A DNA stretch of 64,000 nucleotides from the NCBI GenBank assembly GCA_965219995.1, contig CBDCOX010000002.1, positions 5,216,001-5,280,000 of the forward strand, in the 5' to 3' direction. Under the pieces are notes generated by a model. That model ran no database searches and had not been told where the DNA came from. It was given only the letters and a program-made list of their open reading frames with translations. Within the stretch, counting starts at the first letter, position 1, and each line of letters begins with the position of its first letter. Shown here in pieces: positions 36,917 through 47,131 of the stretch. The DNA comes from Candidatus Latescibacterota bacterium (lineage in GTDB: Bacteria; Latescibacterota; UBA2968; GCA-2709665). The translations under genes were made by a program, and so were the position numbers.

Positions 36917-39556
36917 TCAGACCGTTGGCGGCCCGACCTTCGCCAGAATTTGGGCCCGCGTGTCGGCGCCGTCGACTAGCTTCTCCGCAATCAGGAACAG
37001 GCACGTCCCGTCGCTCCTTCGCTCCCACAGTTCCCCAACGGTGCGCTTCTCGGCGGTGTCGGAACCTTCGGCGATGTGCGAACCCTTGTACTCCACTACC
37101 AGCAACCGGCCGTCTTCCAGCAGCGCGACGAAGTCGGGGTAGAACCTACCCCTCGCGGTTGGCAGCCAGAACGACGCGGGGTGCCTGGCGACATTCCTCA
37201 CCCAGCACTTCACCCCGGTCACGCTGTCGAGCGCCTGGGCGCAACGGAACTCCTCGCCGTCCCCGGCACCGTCGAAGGCCGGAACCCGGTCGGGGCCGAG
37301 AAAGTGCTTCGTCGGCTTCCAGGGCCCGCGATAGCGACGCTGGTCAGGATACATGCCGTCCTCGAACACGAAGGTGTGGTCGAACGAGACTGCCGTCTTG
37401 GCATCGGGCGTGAGTAGACGCCGCTGATAGACCCCAGCCCGTTCTTCATGACGGGCCGCCGCGATCTTCTCCCGCACCCTGCGCGCAAGGATGAACTTGC
37501 AGCGCATCAATGCGGCGATGTGCATTCCCCGCGCCTCGACCAGATGACTCACAAGGCGGCTGAGCCAGCCCAGCATCTCCCCTTGGGCAATGTCCGGCTG
37601 CCGCAACTGGCGGTCGAGCCACAGCACCAGGGCCTGCTGCGTCCACCCCTCGACCTGCACATCCAACGGCAACTGCTCCTCCTCGGTCGAAAACTGGTAG
37701 GAGATGCGGTTTCCGTCCAGATCGATCTCGAAGCTGCGCGCCGTGGTGCGGATGTCGAACTCGCCCTTGCCCAGCCTCCACGGATGATCGAGAAGCGACC
37801 AGTCGTGGTACTCCATGAACACGTCGGTGTCGGCCAACTCCAACGTGCCCTGAACCTCGGACATGAGACGGGGAGCGAGGATAGTCTCGCCAAGCTCCGC
37901 GGGCGAGAGCATGCCCCGCGTCCGCGCCCGATACCCCGCGACGGCCTTGGCAAACTCGCCGCGTTCGCGTTCAGGTAGCGACGCGGAGATCCTCGTCTCG
38001 AGTTCCGCATCGAAGCGACCGACAACCACGACTTCAACTTGGTCGCCAGGGGTTTCGTAAACCGCCACTGCATCACGCATCTCGAGGTCTGAAATCACCT
38101 CCGGGGCGGCAGGGATCGTGTATCTGAATGTAGGTTCGGATACGTCCTGCCAAGAGAGCAGATCCTCCTCAATGCCGAGCTCCCCTTGCGTTTGCTCGAT
38201 GCTGTCGCGGGCTTCCTCCTCGTCAAAGCCCATCTGGACCAGCTTGTCGACGAGCGCTCGAGCCGCCTCCCCGAACGACGGGTCCGACAGATAGGCGTAA
38301 GCCCTATTCAGTTCGTCAGCCCCGCGACGTTTCGCGTAGGGCATCCGCAACACTCGCCCAAGCAACTGCTCGACATCCACCGCGCTCCGGATGCGCGACA
38401 CGGAACAGAAGACATAGGCGAATGAGCAATCCCAGCCCTCCTTCAGCGCTTCGACCGTGATGACATGCTCGATCGCGCAGCCCGGATCGAACAGGTCGAT
38501 CCCATCAAGTTCGCGCTGGTCGCCAGTGGCGACGGCGATGCGGTCGTCTGGTATCTGCTCGACCTCTTTCAGGTGCCGCCTCAACGCGGCGACGGTCACT
38601 TCCTCATTCCTCTTCTGCGCCTGGAACAGGACGATCGGGCGGATGCCGTCAGGATCATCCGCGGCCGCCTCGCCCAGAGCCTTTCGCGCGGCTACCGCTC
38701 CATTCACCGCTTCCTGCCATGTGTCGTGCTCCGAGAGCATCACCGGCAGCTTGACCATCTCCTCGGCCTTCAACTCGGTCGCCGACACGCTGTGGAGGAT
38801 GTTCGAGTTGAGGCGAGGCGTCGCGCTGAACTCAACGACGGCACAGGGGTTCACCCGGCCCTGCATCTCCCGCGTCAGTCCGGTCACGGCGTTGTGGGCT
38901 TCATCGACGATCATCAACGGGCGATGAAGATGCATCAGATTCGCGAAAGAAAACTTCGGGCCACCGTCCGCCAACAACTCCAGACCTGACGCGGCGGGCC
39001 CCACCTCCGTAAAGTGCGGCTCCATGTCCTCGTTGTGTGCGTAGACCCTGCGACCTTCGGTGCTCTTGACGCGCAGAGTCTGGATCGTTCCAACGACGAT
39101 ACAGCATTGACCTCGAATGTCCTGCGGGCGGATCGTGGCGAAGTCCGCGATGTCGAACACGCGCACGCGTCCATCAAACGCTTCGTCAAGCACCCGTCGG
39201 TACGGGTGGCGTGGGTTCTTCAACGCCTCGGTTGTCTGCTGCCGAATCGTCTTCGTCGGAACCAGCCACAGGGCCATGGGCCAGTCCTTCTCGATCCAGG
39301 CGTCGCGCGCCACAGCGACGGCATGCGCGGCGAGGATCGTCTTGCCGCCACCCGTCGGCAGGCGCAGACAGACGTACGGAACCTCCGGCAAGCCCGACAA
39401 CGGCCGGTAGGTACCACCATAGCTACCAAGGCGACCGGACTGGACTGGTTCTCGCGTCACGGCCTCATAGGCGTTCTTCGACCCGGCGATCCGTGCCTCC
39501 TCGAAGAAGCGGCGAAGGACATCGAGGGTTTCGGTCTGATAACGCTTGAGGTCCAC
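36917..39556 (-). CDS. res: Type III restriction endonuclease subunit (SF2 helicase plus PD-(D/E)xK nuclease)
   Basis: PTGGGKT, DEAH, ALKEGWD, QLLGRVLR, YPDF...VEYKG. Confidence 0.88.
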   Translation of the reverse strand: MDLKRYQTETLDVLRRFFEEARIAGSKNAYEAVTREPVQSGRLGSYGGTYRPLSGLPEVPYVCLRLPTGGGKTILAAHAVAVARDAWIEKDWPMALWLVPTKTIRQQTTEALKNPRHPYRRVLDEAFDGRVRVFDIADFATIRPQDIRGQCCIVVGTIQTLRVKSTEGRRVYAHNEDMEPHFTEVGPAASGLELLADGGPKFSFANLMHLHRPLMIVDEAHNAVTGLTREMQGRVNPCAVVEFSATPRLNSNILHSVSATELKAEEMVKLPVMLSEHDTWQEAVNGAVAARKALGEAAADDPDGIRPIVLFQAQKRNEEVTVAALRRHLKEVEQIPDDRIAVATGDQRELDGIDLFDPGCAIEHVITVEALKEGWDCSFAYVFCSVSRIRSAVDVEQLLGRVLRMPYAKRRGADELNRAYAYLSDPSFGEAARALVDKLVQMGFDEEEARDSIEQTQGELGIEEDLLSWQDVSEPTFRYTIPAAPEVISDLEMRDAVAVYETPGDQVEVVVVGRFDAELETRISASLPERERGEFAKAVAGYRARTRGMLSPAELGETILAPRLMSEVQGTLELADTDVFMEYHDWSLLDHPWRLGKGEFDIRTTARSFEIDLDGNRISYQFSTEEEQLPLDVQVEGWTQQALVLWLDRQLRQPDIAQGEMLGWLSRLVSHLVEARGMHIAALMRCKFILARRVREKIAAARHEERAGVYQRRLLTPDAKTAVSFDHTFVFEDGMYPDQRRYRGPWKPTKHFLGPDRVPAFDGAGDGEEFRCAQALDSVTGVKCWVRNVARHPASFWLPTARGRFYPDFVALLEDGRLLVVEYKGSHIAEGSDTAEKRTVGELWERRSDGTCLFLIAEKLVDGADTRAQILAKVGPPTV

Positions 39557-39561
39557 GCCGC

Positions 39562-41115
39562 TCAGGCCCTTGACCCGATGTCGTAGGGCGTCTGCTTGAA
39601 GACAATGCCCTCGCGCTCAAGCGTCTCCGTGGCGAGGCGCGACTGCTCACCGTACACCGTGAGCGGCCCGGCGAATCCCTGCTCAGCCCCGGCGGCTTTC
39701 TCGCGGATCAGGGCCAGGGTTCGCCGCGTCAGCACGTTCCCAGCGTCCGATCGCTTGTCTCCCAGCACTCCGTTGTAAAGCAGCGCCCATGCCCGCCCGT
39801 CGTGAATCCCAAGCAGCGGGGAGCGGCCGTCACCACCCCAGGGGGTCCCGGTCTCCGAAAACCACACGTGAGCAGCGAGCGCCGAGAACCGGATGTCGGG
39901 ACAGATCTGCCCGTTCGCATCGAAGGCAGGCGGCCCGAGTCTATAGAACCGGAAGCCGCCGCCGCCCTTCCAACCTACGCGTTCGGAGATGCCCCCCTGG
40001 TCGCCACCGACTACCTTTTGCAGACGAGAAGCACAATGCGTGACCGCGTGCTCTCCCATCTCCACGCCGATCCAGCGCCGCCCCATCTTCTGAGCAACAG
40101 CTGCGGTTGTCCCCGACCCAAGGAAGGAGTCGAGAACCAGATCGCCGGCATTCGTAGCGATGTGGATCACCCGTTCAATCAGTGCCTCAGGCTTGGGAGT
40201 CGAGAAAGGCGTTTCGCCCTCAAACAGGCTCACGACTTCACTCTTGGCCGTCCCTGTGGTACCAACTTCCTTGTGTGTCCAATGAGTTGACGGTACCAGC
40301 CCACTCTGGACCTCAGATAGGAAGTTTTTCAGTCGTGGAGCATTGTTTCCGTTCTCCCCGAACCAGATCCGGTTTTCGGCGCACATTTCGAGGAACCGAT
40401 CCTCCGTGTACAGCCAGCATCTTCCGGGCGGGGGATCGAGCTCGCGACCCGAAGGCAGCGTGATGGTGAAGAACTGCTCACGCCGCCGCCCCTTCTCGGC
40501 CTTTGCGTGAATGGGAAGCGACGCCCACCTTCCCCGTGGGTCACCATCAGGATTCTTGAATCTCTGGAGTTGCTCTTCGGACTTCGGTAACGGATTCCTG
40601 ACCTCACGCCAGATCGCACGGTTCTTTGCATACACCAGAATGTTGTCGTGGACGTTCGCGATGTCCGTCCGGTTCTCTCGTGTATGTGTACGCTGCCACA
40701 CGATGTCCGCCACAAAGGAGCTCCGCCCCAACACCTCGTCCATGACGACCTTGAGGTAGTGTGCCTCGTTGTCGTCGATCGACACCCATATCGAGCCATC
40801 TTCGCTTAGCAGTTCCCGCAGTAGCTCAAGCCTCGGCCACATCATGCCGAGCCAGCGCGTGTGCTCCAGATTATCGTCGTATTGCTCGAACGCCGAATGG
40901 GTGTTGTATGGAGGGTCGATGTAGATGCACTTGACCCGCCCAGCATAGAACGGCAGCAGAGCCTTCAGGGCGTCGAGATTGTCGCCCTGAATGAGCATGT
41001 TCCCGGTGTGTGCTTCGCCGCTCGAGTACTTAGCGACCTCCTCAAGCAGACGATACGGCACCTGGCCCGTCGCGCGGATGTCGTCCTCCCGGGTCAGCCA
41101 GTTCAAGGTGGGCAT
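39562..41115 (-). CDS. mod: Type III R-M DNA methyltransferase
   Basis: IQGDNL, IYIDPPYN, TPKPE, DSFLGSGTT; 5 nt upstream of res. Confidence 0.9.
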   Translation of the reverse strand: MPTLNWLTREDDIRATGQVPYRLLEEVAKYSSGEAHTGNMLIQGDNLDALKALLPFYAGRVKCIYIDPPYNTHSAFEQYDDNLEHTRWLGMMWPRLELLRELLSEDGSIWVSIDDNEAHYLKVVMDEVLGRSSFVADIVWQRTHTRENRTDIANVHDNILVYAKNRAIWREVRNPLPKSEEQLQRFKNPDGDPRGRWASLPIHAKAEKGRRREQFFTITLPSGRELDPPPGRCWLYTEDRFLEMCAENRIWFGENGNNAPRLKNFLSEVQSGLVPSTHWTHKEVGTTGTAKSEVVSLFEGETPFSTPKPEALIERVIHIATNAGDLVLDSFLGSGTTAAVAQKMGRRWIGVEMGEHAVTHCASRLQKVVGGDQGGISERVGWKGGGGFRFYRLGPPAFDANGQICPDIRFSALAAHVWFSETGTPWGGDGRSPLLGIHDGRAWALLYNGVLGDKRSDAGNVLTRRTLALIREKAAGAEQGFAGPLTVYGEQSRLATETLEREGIVFKQTPYDIGSRA

Positions 41116-41402
41116 TCGTCTTCCCTCTCACGCCAGTGTCCGGATTGCAAAAACACCCCCATCGCGACAGTCACCGGATTGCCTGACCCCTCAGGTGTAC
41201 GCAGAACGAACCACCGATGTGCTGACTGCATCTCCCCTACCGTGCCCCGATCCGGGGCCATCGCCGTCCAGCAGGAACTCCCTCGCAACTCCTCCGTCCC
41301 GACCTGGCAGCGGCAAGGCAGTTTGGATCAATCGGCTGTCTTCGACGGACGTTTCGGAGGCCAGAAAGTCTATACAAAAGAGTGAAAATCGCGAAACATC
41401 GG

Positions 41403-42308
41403 TCACATGGAAGCCTGGCGCATCACCTCCCCGAAGCTGATGCCGGTGCCCCAGAGTTCCCGGTAGCCGGAAGCGAAAATGTGGGCGAACACGGAGCCGT
41501 GGGTCTCGTCGTCGAAGCGCCGAATGGTGACGTCGAGGCCTGGATCGCTGGCCTGCAACCGGTGCAGCAGGGCGACGCCGCGCTCGATGTACTGCGCGAG
41601 GTAGGGGTCTTCCTCTTCCGCTCCGCCGTATCCGCAAAACACGCGCTGGGGCCTGGCTGCCGTCATGGCGCCGAACCGGGTCTCCCGCTCGGGCAGGGTC
41701 CTCTCCAGCACGTCCGTGCCGAACGAACCGACGATGAACCGGCTGAACGGGGTCTGCTTGCGCAGCAGCGTGTCCACCGCGAAGTCGCCGCCCGAAGAGT
41801 GTCCGGCCACCCCGACCTCGTCGGGATCGATGCGGTACCGGGACGTCATGTCCGGGAGGACCTGGTCGGCCAGAAAGGCATGGAACGCGTCCGTACCGCC
41901 AAAGCCGTCCTCGAACCGCATGCCGGCCGCCTCGAACATCTTCTCGTACACCTCCCAGAACGAGAACTCGGCGCCCGGCGGCGCGGCGCGTATCTCGTCG
42001 GTGGGCACCTCGGCGGAGTAGTCGATGGTGCGCTGGATCCCGTGTACGCCCGGGGGCGCGGTCGATATGCCCGCCACGATGGCCGGCCTGGCCTCTCCGA
42101 TGGTGGACATCAGGGACACCATGTCGACGGCCGCCCCCAGGAACATGCCGCCGTCCAGCAGGATGAGCAGCGGATACGGCTGATCGCTCTGCTCGTACCC
42201 CGGAGGGGTCCAGATCCAGACGTCATAGTCGATGCCGTTGCTGTCCGCGGTCACGACCTCGTGCGTGAGGTCCTGCATGGACTGCGGCAGTCGGATTCCG
42301 GTGTTCAT
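41403..42308 (-). CDS. Alpha/beta hydrolase esterase (IroE/Fes-like)
   Basis: YPLLILLDG, GHSSGG, ETHGS. Confidence 0.82.
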   Translation of the reverse strand: MNTGIRLPQSMQDLTHEVVTADSNGIDYDVWIWTPPGYEQSDQPYPLLILLDGGMFLGAAVDMVSLMSTIGEARPAIVAGISTAPPGVHGIQRTIDYSAEVPTDEIRAAPPGAEFSFWEVYEKMFEAAGMRFEDGFGGTDAFHAFLADQVLPDMTSRYRIDPDEVGVAGHSSGGDFAVDTLLRKQTPFSRFIVGSFGTDVLERTLPERETRFGAMTAARPQRVFCGYGGAEEEDPYLAQYIERGVALLHRLQASDPGLDVTIRRFDDETHGSVFAHIFASGYRELWGTGISFGEVMRQASM

Positions 42309-42354
42309 GGTGTCGCTCCCAAGTCTGGTTTCGCGCGGCTACTCCGCACCGACA

Positions 42355-44754
42355 CTATTCCGCGCCGACCCGGTACCCCTCGGGCGGCCGCATCCCGAGC
42401 AGGTGGGTCACGAAGTAGTCCCACTGCCGGCGCGAGAAGTACCCCGTTGCCTCGCCCGGCGCATGTCCCGCGTTCGGCAGGATGAGCAGGTCGAAGTCCT
42501 TGTTGGCCCGGATCAGCGCCTCCACCACCGCGTAGGTGTTGGCCGGATGCACGTTGTCGTCGAGCCCGCCGTGCACCAGCATCAGCTTGCCCTTCAGGTT
42601 GCCGGCGAGGTGCGCGTTGGATCCCGCCTCGTAGTAGGCGTCGTCGGTGTCCCCCTGGTAGCTCTCGCCCCAGATCGGCAGGTAGGTGCGCGGGTCGTGA
42701 TTGCCGGCGCCGGACACCGCCACCTTGTAGAAGTCCGGGTAGCGGAGGATGGCGTGGGTCGAGGCGTAGCCGCCGCCGGACCACCCGTAGATCCCGGCGC
42801 GCCCGGCGTCGATGTAGGGCCGCTCCGCCGCGAGCTGCTCGATCGCGGCGATGTGATCGTCGAGCGTGCCGGCGGCATCGAGCAGGTTCAGCCCCGGCGG
42901 GAAGTGGAAGTCCCGGCTGCGCCCCGGCGTGCCGCGTCCGTCGACGGTCATCACCACGAAACCGAGTTCCGCCATGGCCTGGGCGCCGAACAGGCCGAAC
43001 AGCGAACCCGCGAACTGGTGGGGCTCGCGCCAGATCTGCGGGCCCGGGTAGATGGAGTCGATGATGGGGTACGACCGCTCGGGGTCGAAGTCCGCGGGGA
43101 AGAACAGGGCGCCGTAGAGCGTGGTCTCCCCGTCGGCGGCGGTCACGGTGAAAGGCTCCGGGGGGACGAAACCGTCCGCCTCCAGGGGCGAGGCGTCGGC
43201 GGTTTCGAGCACCGCGATCAACTCGCCTTCGCTGCTCAGCAACTCCGTGCGGCCCGGGTCGGTGGTGGTGCTCCAGCTCGCGACCAGGTAGTCGCCGGTG
43301 GGCGAGAAAGGAGAAGCGGCAACGACCAGGTCCGCCACCGAGCCGTGATTGCCGGGACCGGGCGTGATCCTCTTGAAATCCGACCCGTCCACATCGACGC
43401 CGTAGAGGAAGTGATGGTACGGATTGCCTTCGGCCTCGGGCTGGGACCCGAGCAGGTACAGCCGCCCCGCCTCGTGGTCCACGTGCACGATCGCTCCCAC
43501 GTTCCAGTCTCCGGAAGTGATCCGGGCGACGTTGCCGTCGGCGTCCTTGCGGTACAGGTGCCCGTAGCCGCTCTCGTCGGAGAACCAGACCAGGCTGCCG
43601 TCCGCGAAGTCGACCACCTGGGGCGGTAGCGGCGTGGCGAGCCCGGGCGAAGACGTGCGTTCGCTCACGCGGTCCACCTCCATGCGGACCTCGCCCGTCT
43701 CCAGGTCGACGCGATGGATCGAGAAGCCGCGGGCGAACGGCTTGCGGTGCACGAATCCGAACCCCCGGGAGTCCTCCCGCCACCAGACTTCCCCCGAGTC
43801 GGGGCCGGTGACCGCGGCGTACGTGAGTTCGATATCGGGATAGTCGATGTCCGTGCGCCGGCCGCTCGGGACGTCGAACACCACGAAGCGGCCCCGGGGC
43901 TTGACCTCGTCCCGGGCGAAGGCATAGCGCATCGTGTGGGTGCGCGGCCGCCGGCTGCCATCGGCGGGGACGTGCTCGATGATCGAGAGTTCCCCGACGC
44001 CGCGCTCGTCGACGCGCTGGGTGAGCAGCCTTGTGGAGTCCGGCGCCCACTTCACCTGGGGGGCGTGCCCGCCCAGCAGCCGCTGCATGGTGATGTAGGA
44101 GACGCTGGTGCCGAGCTGGCCGCCGTAGCGCCACGCTTCCTCACCGTCCGTCGTCAGCCGGATCCGGGTCTCCCCGTCCGTCGAGCGGACCCAGAGGTCG
44201 TGGTCCTCGTGATAGGCGGCCCACTTGCCGTCCGGAGAGGGCGTCTCGAGCGGCGTGAACGGGGGCGTGGGAGCCTCGGACGCCGCGCAGGCGTCCGCCG
44301 TGCAGCGGTAGAACGCGTCTTCCACCGGGAACTCGATGCCGCCGTCGTCGTTGAGGGTGAACGTGTCGAACGGGAGCGTCGTCTCCGTGTAGTCGCCGTC
44401 CTCGTCCAGCCGGGACAGTTCACGGGCGATCAGCGCGTGGTCGAACGAGGGTTCCCGCTCCCCCGTCGCGGCCGTGACGGTCACGAACTGTCCGCCCCCG
44501 CCCGGGAGCGCGCGCCGGTACCAGAAACGGTCGCCTGCGCCGATCCAGTTGGGCGTGACCGACGCGTTCAGGACATACCTTTCCTGCCTGTCCATCAGAA
44601 AGCGCTCGGCGCGCCGGTAGGCTTCCGCCGGAACCGTCGCCGGCGCGCCCACGCCCGCGCGGTCCCCCGTAGCGTCGTTCACAGCCGCGGGTTGGCAGCC
44701 CCACGCCGCGGCGAGCAGAGCGGGCCAGAAGAGGCATCGCGTCCAGCCGCTCAT
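42355..44754 (-). CDS. S9B dipeptidyl-peptidase IV-family lipoprotein
   Basis: Lipobox-like AWGC; YPGPQ, GWSGGG, DDNVH, NAGH. Confidence 0.9.
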   Translation of the reverse strand: MSGWTRCLFWPALLAAAWGCQPAAVNDATGDRAGVGAPATVPAEAYRRAERFLMDRQERYVLNASVTPNWIGAGDRFWYRRALPGGGGQFVTVTAATGEREPSFDHALIARELSRLDEDGDYTETTLPFDTFTLNDDGGIEFPVEDAFYRCTADACAASEAPTPPFTPLETPSPDGKWAAYHEDHDLWVRSTDGETRIRLTTDGEEAWRYGGQLGTSVSYITMQRLLGGHAPQVKWAPDSTRLLTQRVDERGVGELSIIEHVPADGSRRPRTHTMRYAFARDEVKPRGRFVVFDVPSGRRTDIDYPDIELTYAAVTGPDSGEVWWREDSRGFGFVHRKPFARGFSIHRVDLETGEVRMEVDRVSERTSSPGLATPLPPQVVDFADGSLVWFSDESGYGHLYRKDADGNVARITSGDWNVGAIVHVDHEAGRLYLLGSQPEAEGNPYHHFLYGVDVDGSDFKRITPGPGNHGSVADLVVAASPFSPTGDYLVASWSTTTDPGRTELLSSEGELIAVLETADASPLEADGFVPPEPFTVTAADGETTLYGALFFPADFDPERSYPIIDSIYPGPQIWREPHQFAGSLFGLFGAQAMAELGFVVMTVDGRGTPGRSRDFHFPPGLNLLDAAGTLDDHIAAIEQLAAERPYIDAGRAGIYGWSGGGYASTHAILRYPDFYKVAVSGAGNHDPRTYLPIWGESYQGDTDDAYYEAGSNAHLAGNLKGKLMLVHGGLDDNVHPANTYAVVEALIRANKDFDLLILPNAGHAPGEATGYFSRRQWDYFVTHLLGMRPPEGYRVGAE

Positions 44755-47054
44755 TCGAACGGCCTCAGCATCTCGACGAGATACCGCTTCTTCAGCTCCA
44801 TGTTGAACTCCCCCGTCTTGCCCATGGCCCCGTGCCCCGTGTCGGGATAGATCATCATGCGGTGCTGCTTGCCGAGCCGAATCAGGTGCTCGGTCATCTG
44901 GAACATGTCCGCCTGGGTGCCGGTGTCGTTGATACCGCCGACCTGCAGGAGTTCGCCCTCGAGCAGCGGCGCGAGCGCCATGGCGTCCGCCGCATCGTAG
45001 GCCGCCTTGTTCTCCTGGGGCATGCCGAGATAGACCTCGTAGAGGGTGAAACGGCGCGAGCTGTAGCCGGGCACCTCGCTGATGCCGACCTTGTAGAGGT
45101 CCGGCGCCTGCGTCATGGCGCGGAAGGTGAAGTGGCCGCCCCAGGAAGCGCCCATGACGCCGACGCGGTCGAGGTCCATGAACGGCAGCCGTTCGCCTAG
45201 CTGCCGAATGGCGCCGGCGTGGTCGGCGATCTCGAACTGCCCCCAGTTCATGTAGACGGTGTCGTGGAACGCCTTGGAACGCTCCGGCGTGCCGCGGCCG
45301 TCGAGCACCACCACGAGGATGCCCAGTTGCGCGAGGGCCCGGGGGAAGTTCGCCGCGCGCCCCAGCAGGCCGCCGAACGGCCCGAGATCGTCCCCGAAGT
45401 CCACGGGCCGCCAGGTGGTCTGCGGCCCGGCGTAGATGTACTCGACCACCGGGTAGCGCCCGTCGGGGTCGAAGTCGTTGGGGAAGTACATCGTCACCCA
45501 GAGATCGGTCTCCCCGTCGGCCGCCTTGACCACGTACTCGGTCGGGGGCACCCAGCCGAACGACTCGAGCCGGCCGATGTCCGCTTCCGCCAGCACGCGC
45601 ACCAGGCTGCCGTCGGCGGCCCGCAGTTCCGTGCGAGGCGGCGCGTCGACGTTCGAGTACGTGTCAACGAAGTAACGCGCCGACGGCGAGATGCTGGCGG
45701 CGTGCTGGCCAATGCCCTCGGTGAGCTGCGCGAAACGCTCTCCATCCAGGCCCACGCGGTACAGGTGGGTGTCGTAGGGCCGCGACTGGTCGCCGTGCCC
45801 GGTGAAGTACACCCAGCCCCCGTCCTGGTCGACCCGCACGACGTCCTTGACGGGCCACTCGCCGCTGGTGAGCTGCCGGACCAGGCGGCCGTCCAGGTCG
45901 TAGTGGTACAGGTGGTCCCAGCCGCTCCGCTCCGAATTCCACAGGAACCCCGACCCGTCCGGAAGCAGGAAGAAGCCGGTCTCGGTCGCCCAGATGGCTT
46001 CGTGATGATTGGTCAGGAAGGTCTCGGAGGCCTCGGTCATGATGACGCGCACGTCGCGGGTGAAGGCGTCCACCGCGAGCAGTTCCACGCGGCTGAGCAG
46101 CCGGTCGTAACGGGCGACGATCAGCTCCGACCCGTCCGGCAGCCACGTGAGCACGCGCAGGTAGTGGTCCGTGTTGTCTCCCATGTCCACGTGCCGCGGC
46201 ACCCGGGAGTGTATGTCGAGCAGGTACAGTTCCGACCGGTAGAGGCTGGCGCCCGCCGGGATGGTGAGGACTTCCCGGACCTCTTCCAGGGGCTTCAGCC
46301 ACTTGATGGTCGGAATGGTGGGCATCGCCCCCGCATGCTGTTTCATCACGGCGATCTGCTCCCCGGTGGGCGACCAGGGCTGCCAGAGGGCCGCCTCCAC
46401 GTCCCAGAAGTCGGTGGGGGTGCCGTCGTCCGTGACTGTCACCTCCTGCCCGTCCACCGTCGCCCTCAGCGCCAGGTTGTCGTCGCGCACCGTCGCGAAC
46501 CACTTGCCGTCCGGCGACATGGCTTCCGGAGAGGGCAGCGGGCCGAGCCCCTGGAAGCGTTCCCGGAGGTACGTCCCCGGCACGGCGCGTTCCGCCTCGC
46601 TCTTGACGAGTTCGATGGAGAACGCGGACGGCGGGAGCTCGCGGCTCACCTCGTACGACCCCAGGTCGAGGGTGAAGGTCGCCCCCTCCAGCGCTAAGGA
46701 GATGCTGTCCGTCCCCGCCCACTGGAAGCTCGCGAACGGCACTCCGCCGCCCGCGGGTTCGTGGCCCAGCGCCTCGGTCAGCGCCGCCCGCAACCGGGCC
46801 ACGTCGAACAGCGGTTCGACCATGCCCTCCGCCGGATCGACCTTCAGGATCTCGCGCGCGTTCGGACCCCCGGTCTCGTACCAGAACGCCGAACCGTCCG
46901 GCAGCCAGTTGGGAGCGACGCGGCCGCCGTCGATCATCCGCTGGAAGTCGAGATAGGCCTGGTAGGCGGCTTCGCGGTCCGCCGGGATGTCCACGGCCAG
47001 GGACGGGACGGCGATCGCCGCCGTCAGGCACAGGACGGCGAGGAACCTGAGCAT
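44751..47054 (-). CDS. S9B dipeptidyl-peptidase IV-family secreted peptidase
   Basis: Signal peptide from ATG 47054; YAGPQ, GASWGG, INDTG, DTGHG. Confidence 0.88.
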   Translation of the reverse strand: MLRFLAVLCLTAAIAVPSLAVDIPADREAAYQAYLDFQRMIDGGRVAPNWLPDGSAFWYETGGPNAREILKVDPAEGMVEPLFDVARLRAALTEALGHEPAGGGVPFASFQWAGTDSISLALEGATFTLDLGSYEVSRELPPSAFSIELVKSEAERAVPGTYLRERFQGLGPLPSPEAMSPDGKWFATVRDDNLALRATVDGQEVTVTDDGTPTDFWDVEAALWQPWSPTGEQIAVMKQHAGAMPTIPTIKWLKPLEEVREVLTIPAGASLYRSELYLLDIHSRVPRHVDMGDNTDHYLRVLTWLPDGSELIVARYDRLLSRVELLAVDAFTRDVRVIMTEASETFLTNHHEAIWATETGFFLLPDGSGFLWNSERSGWDHLYHYDLDGRLVRQLTSGEWPVKDVVRVDQDGGWVYFTGHGDQSRPYDTHLYRVGLDGERFAQLTEGIGQHAASISPSARYFVDTYSNVDAPPRTELRAADGSLVRVLAEADIGRLESFGWVPPTEYVVKAADGETDLWVTMYFPNDFDPDGRYPVVEYIYAGPQTTWRPVDFGDDLGPFGGLLGRAANFPRALAQLGILVVVLDGRGTPERSKAFHDTVYMNWGQFEIADHAGAIRQLGERLPFMDLDRVGVMGASWGGHFTFRAMTQAPDLYKVGISEVPGYSSRRFTLYEVYLGMPQENKAAYDAADAMALAPLLEGELLQVGGINDTGTQADMFQMTEHLIRLGKQHRMMIYPDTGHGAMGKTGEFNMELKKRYLVEMLRPFE

Positions 47055-47131
47055 GCTCGCTTCTCCGGAGTCGGTTGTGTGGACTAGGACGCTGTGCGGC
47101 CCGGCCGCCCTCATCGGCGGGGCACCAGAGG

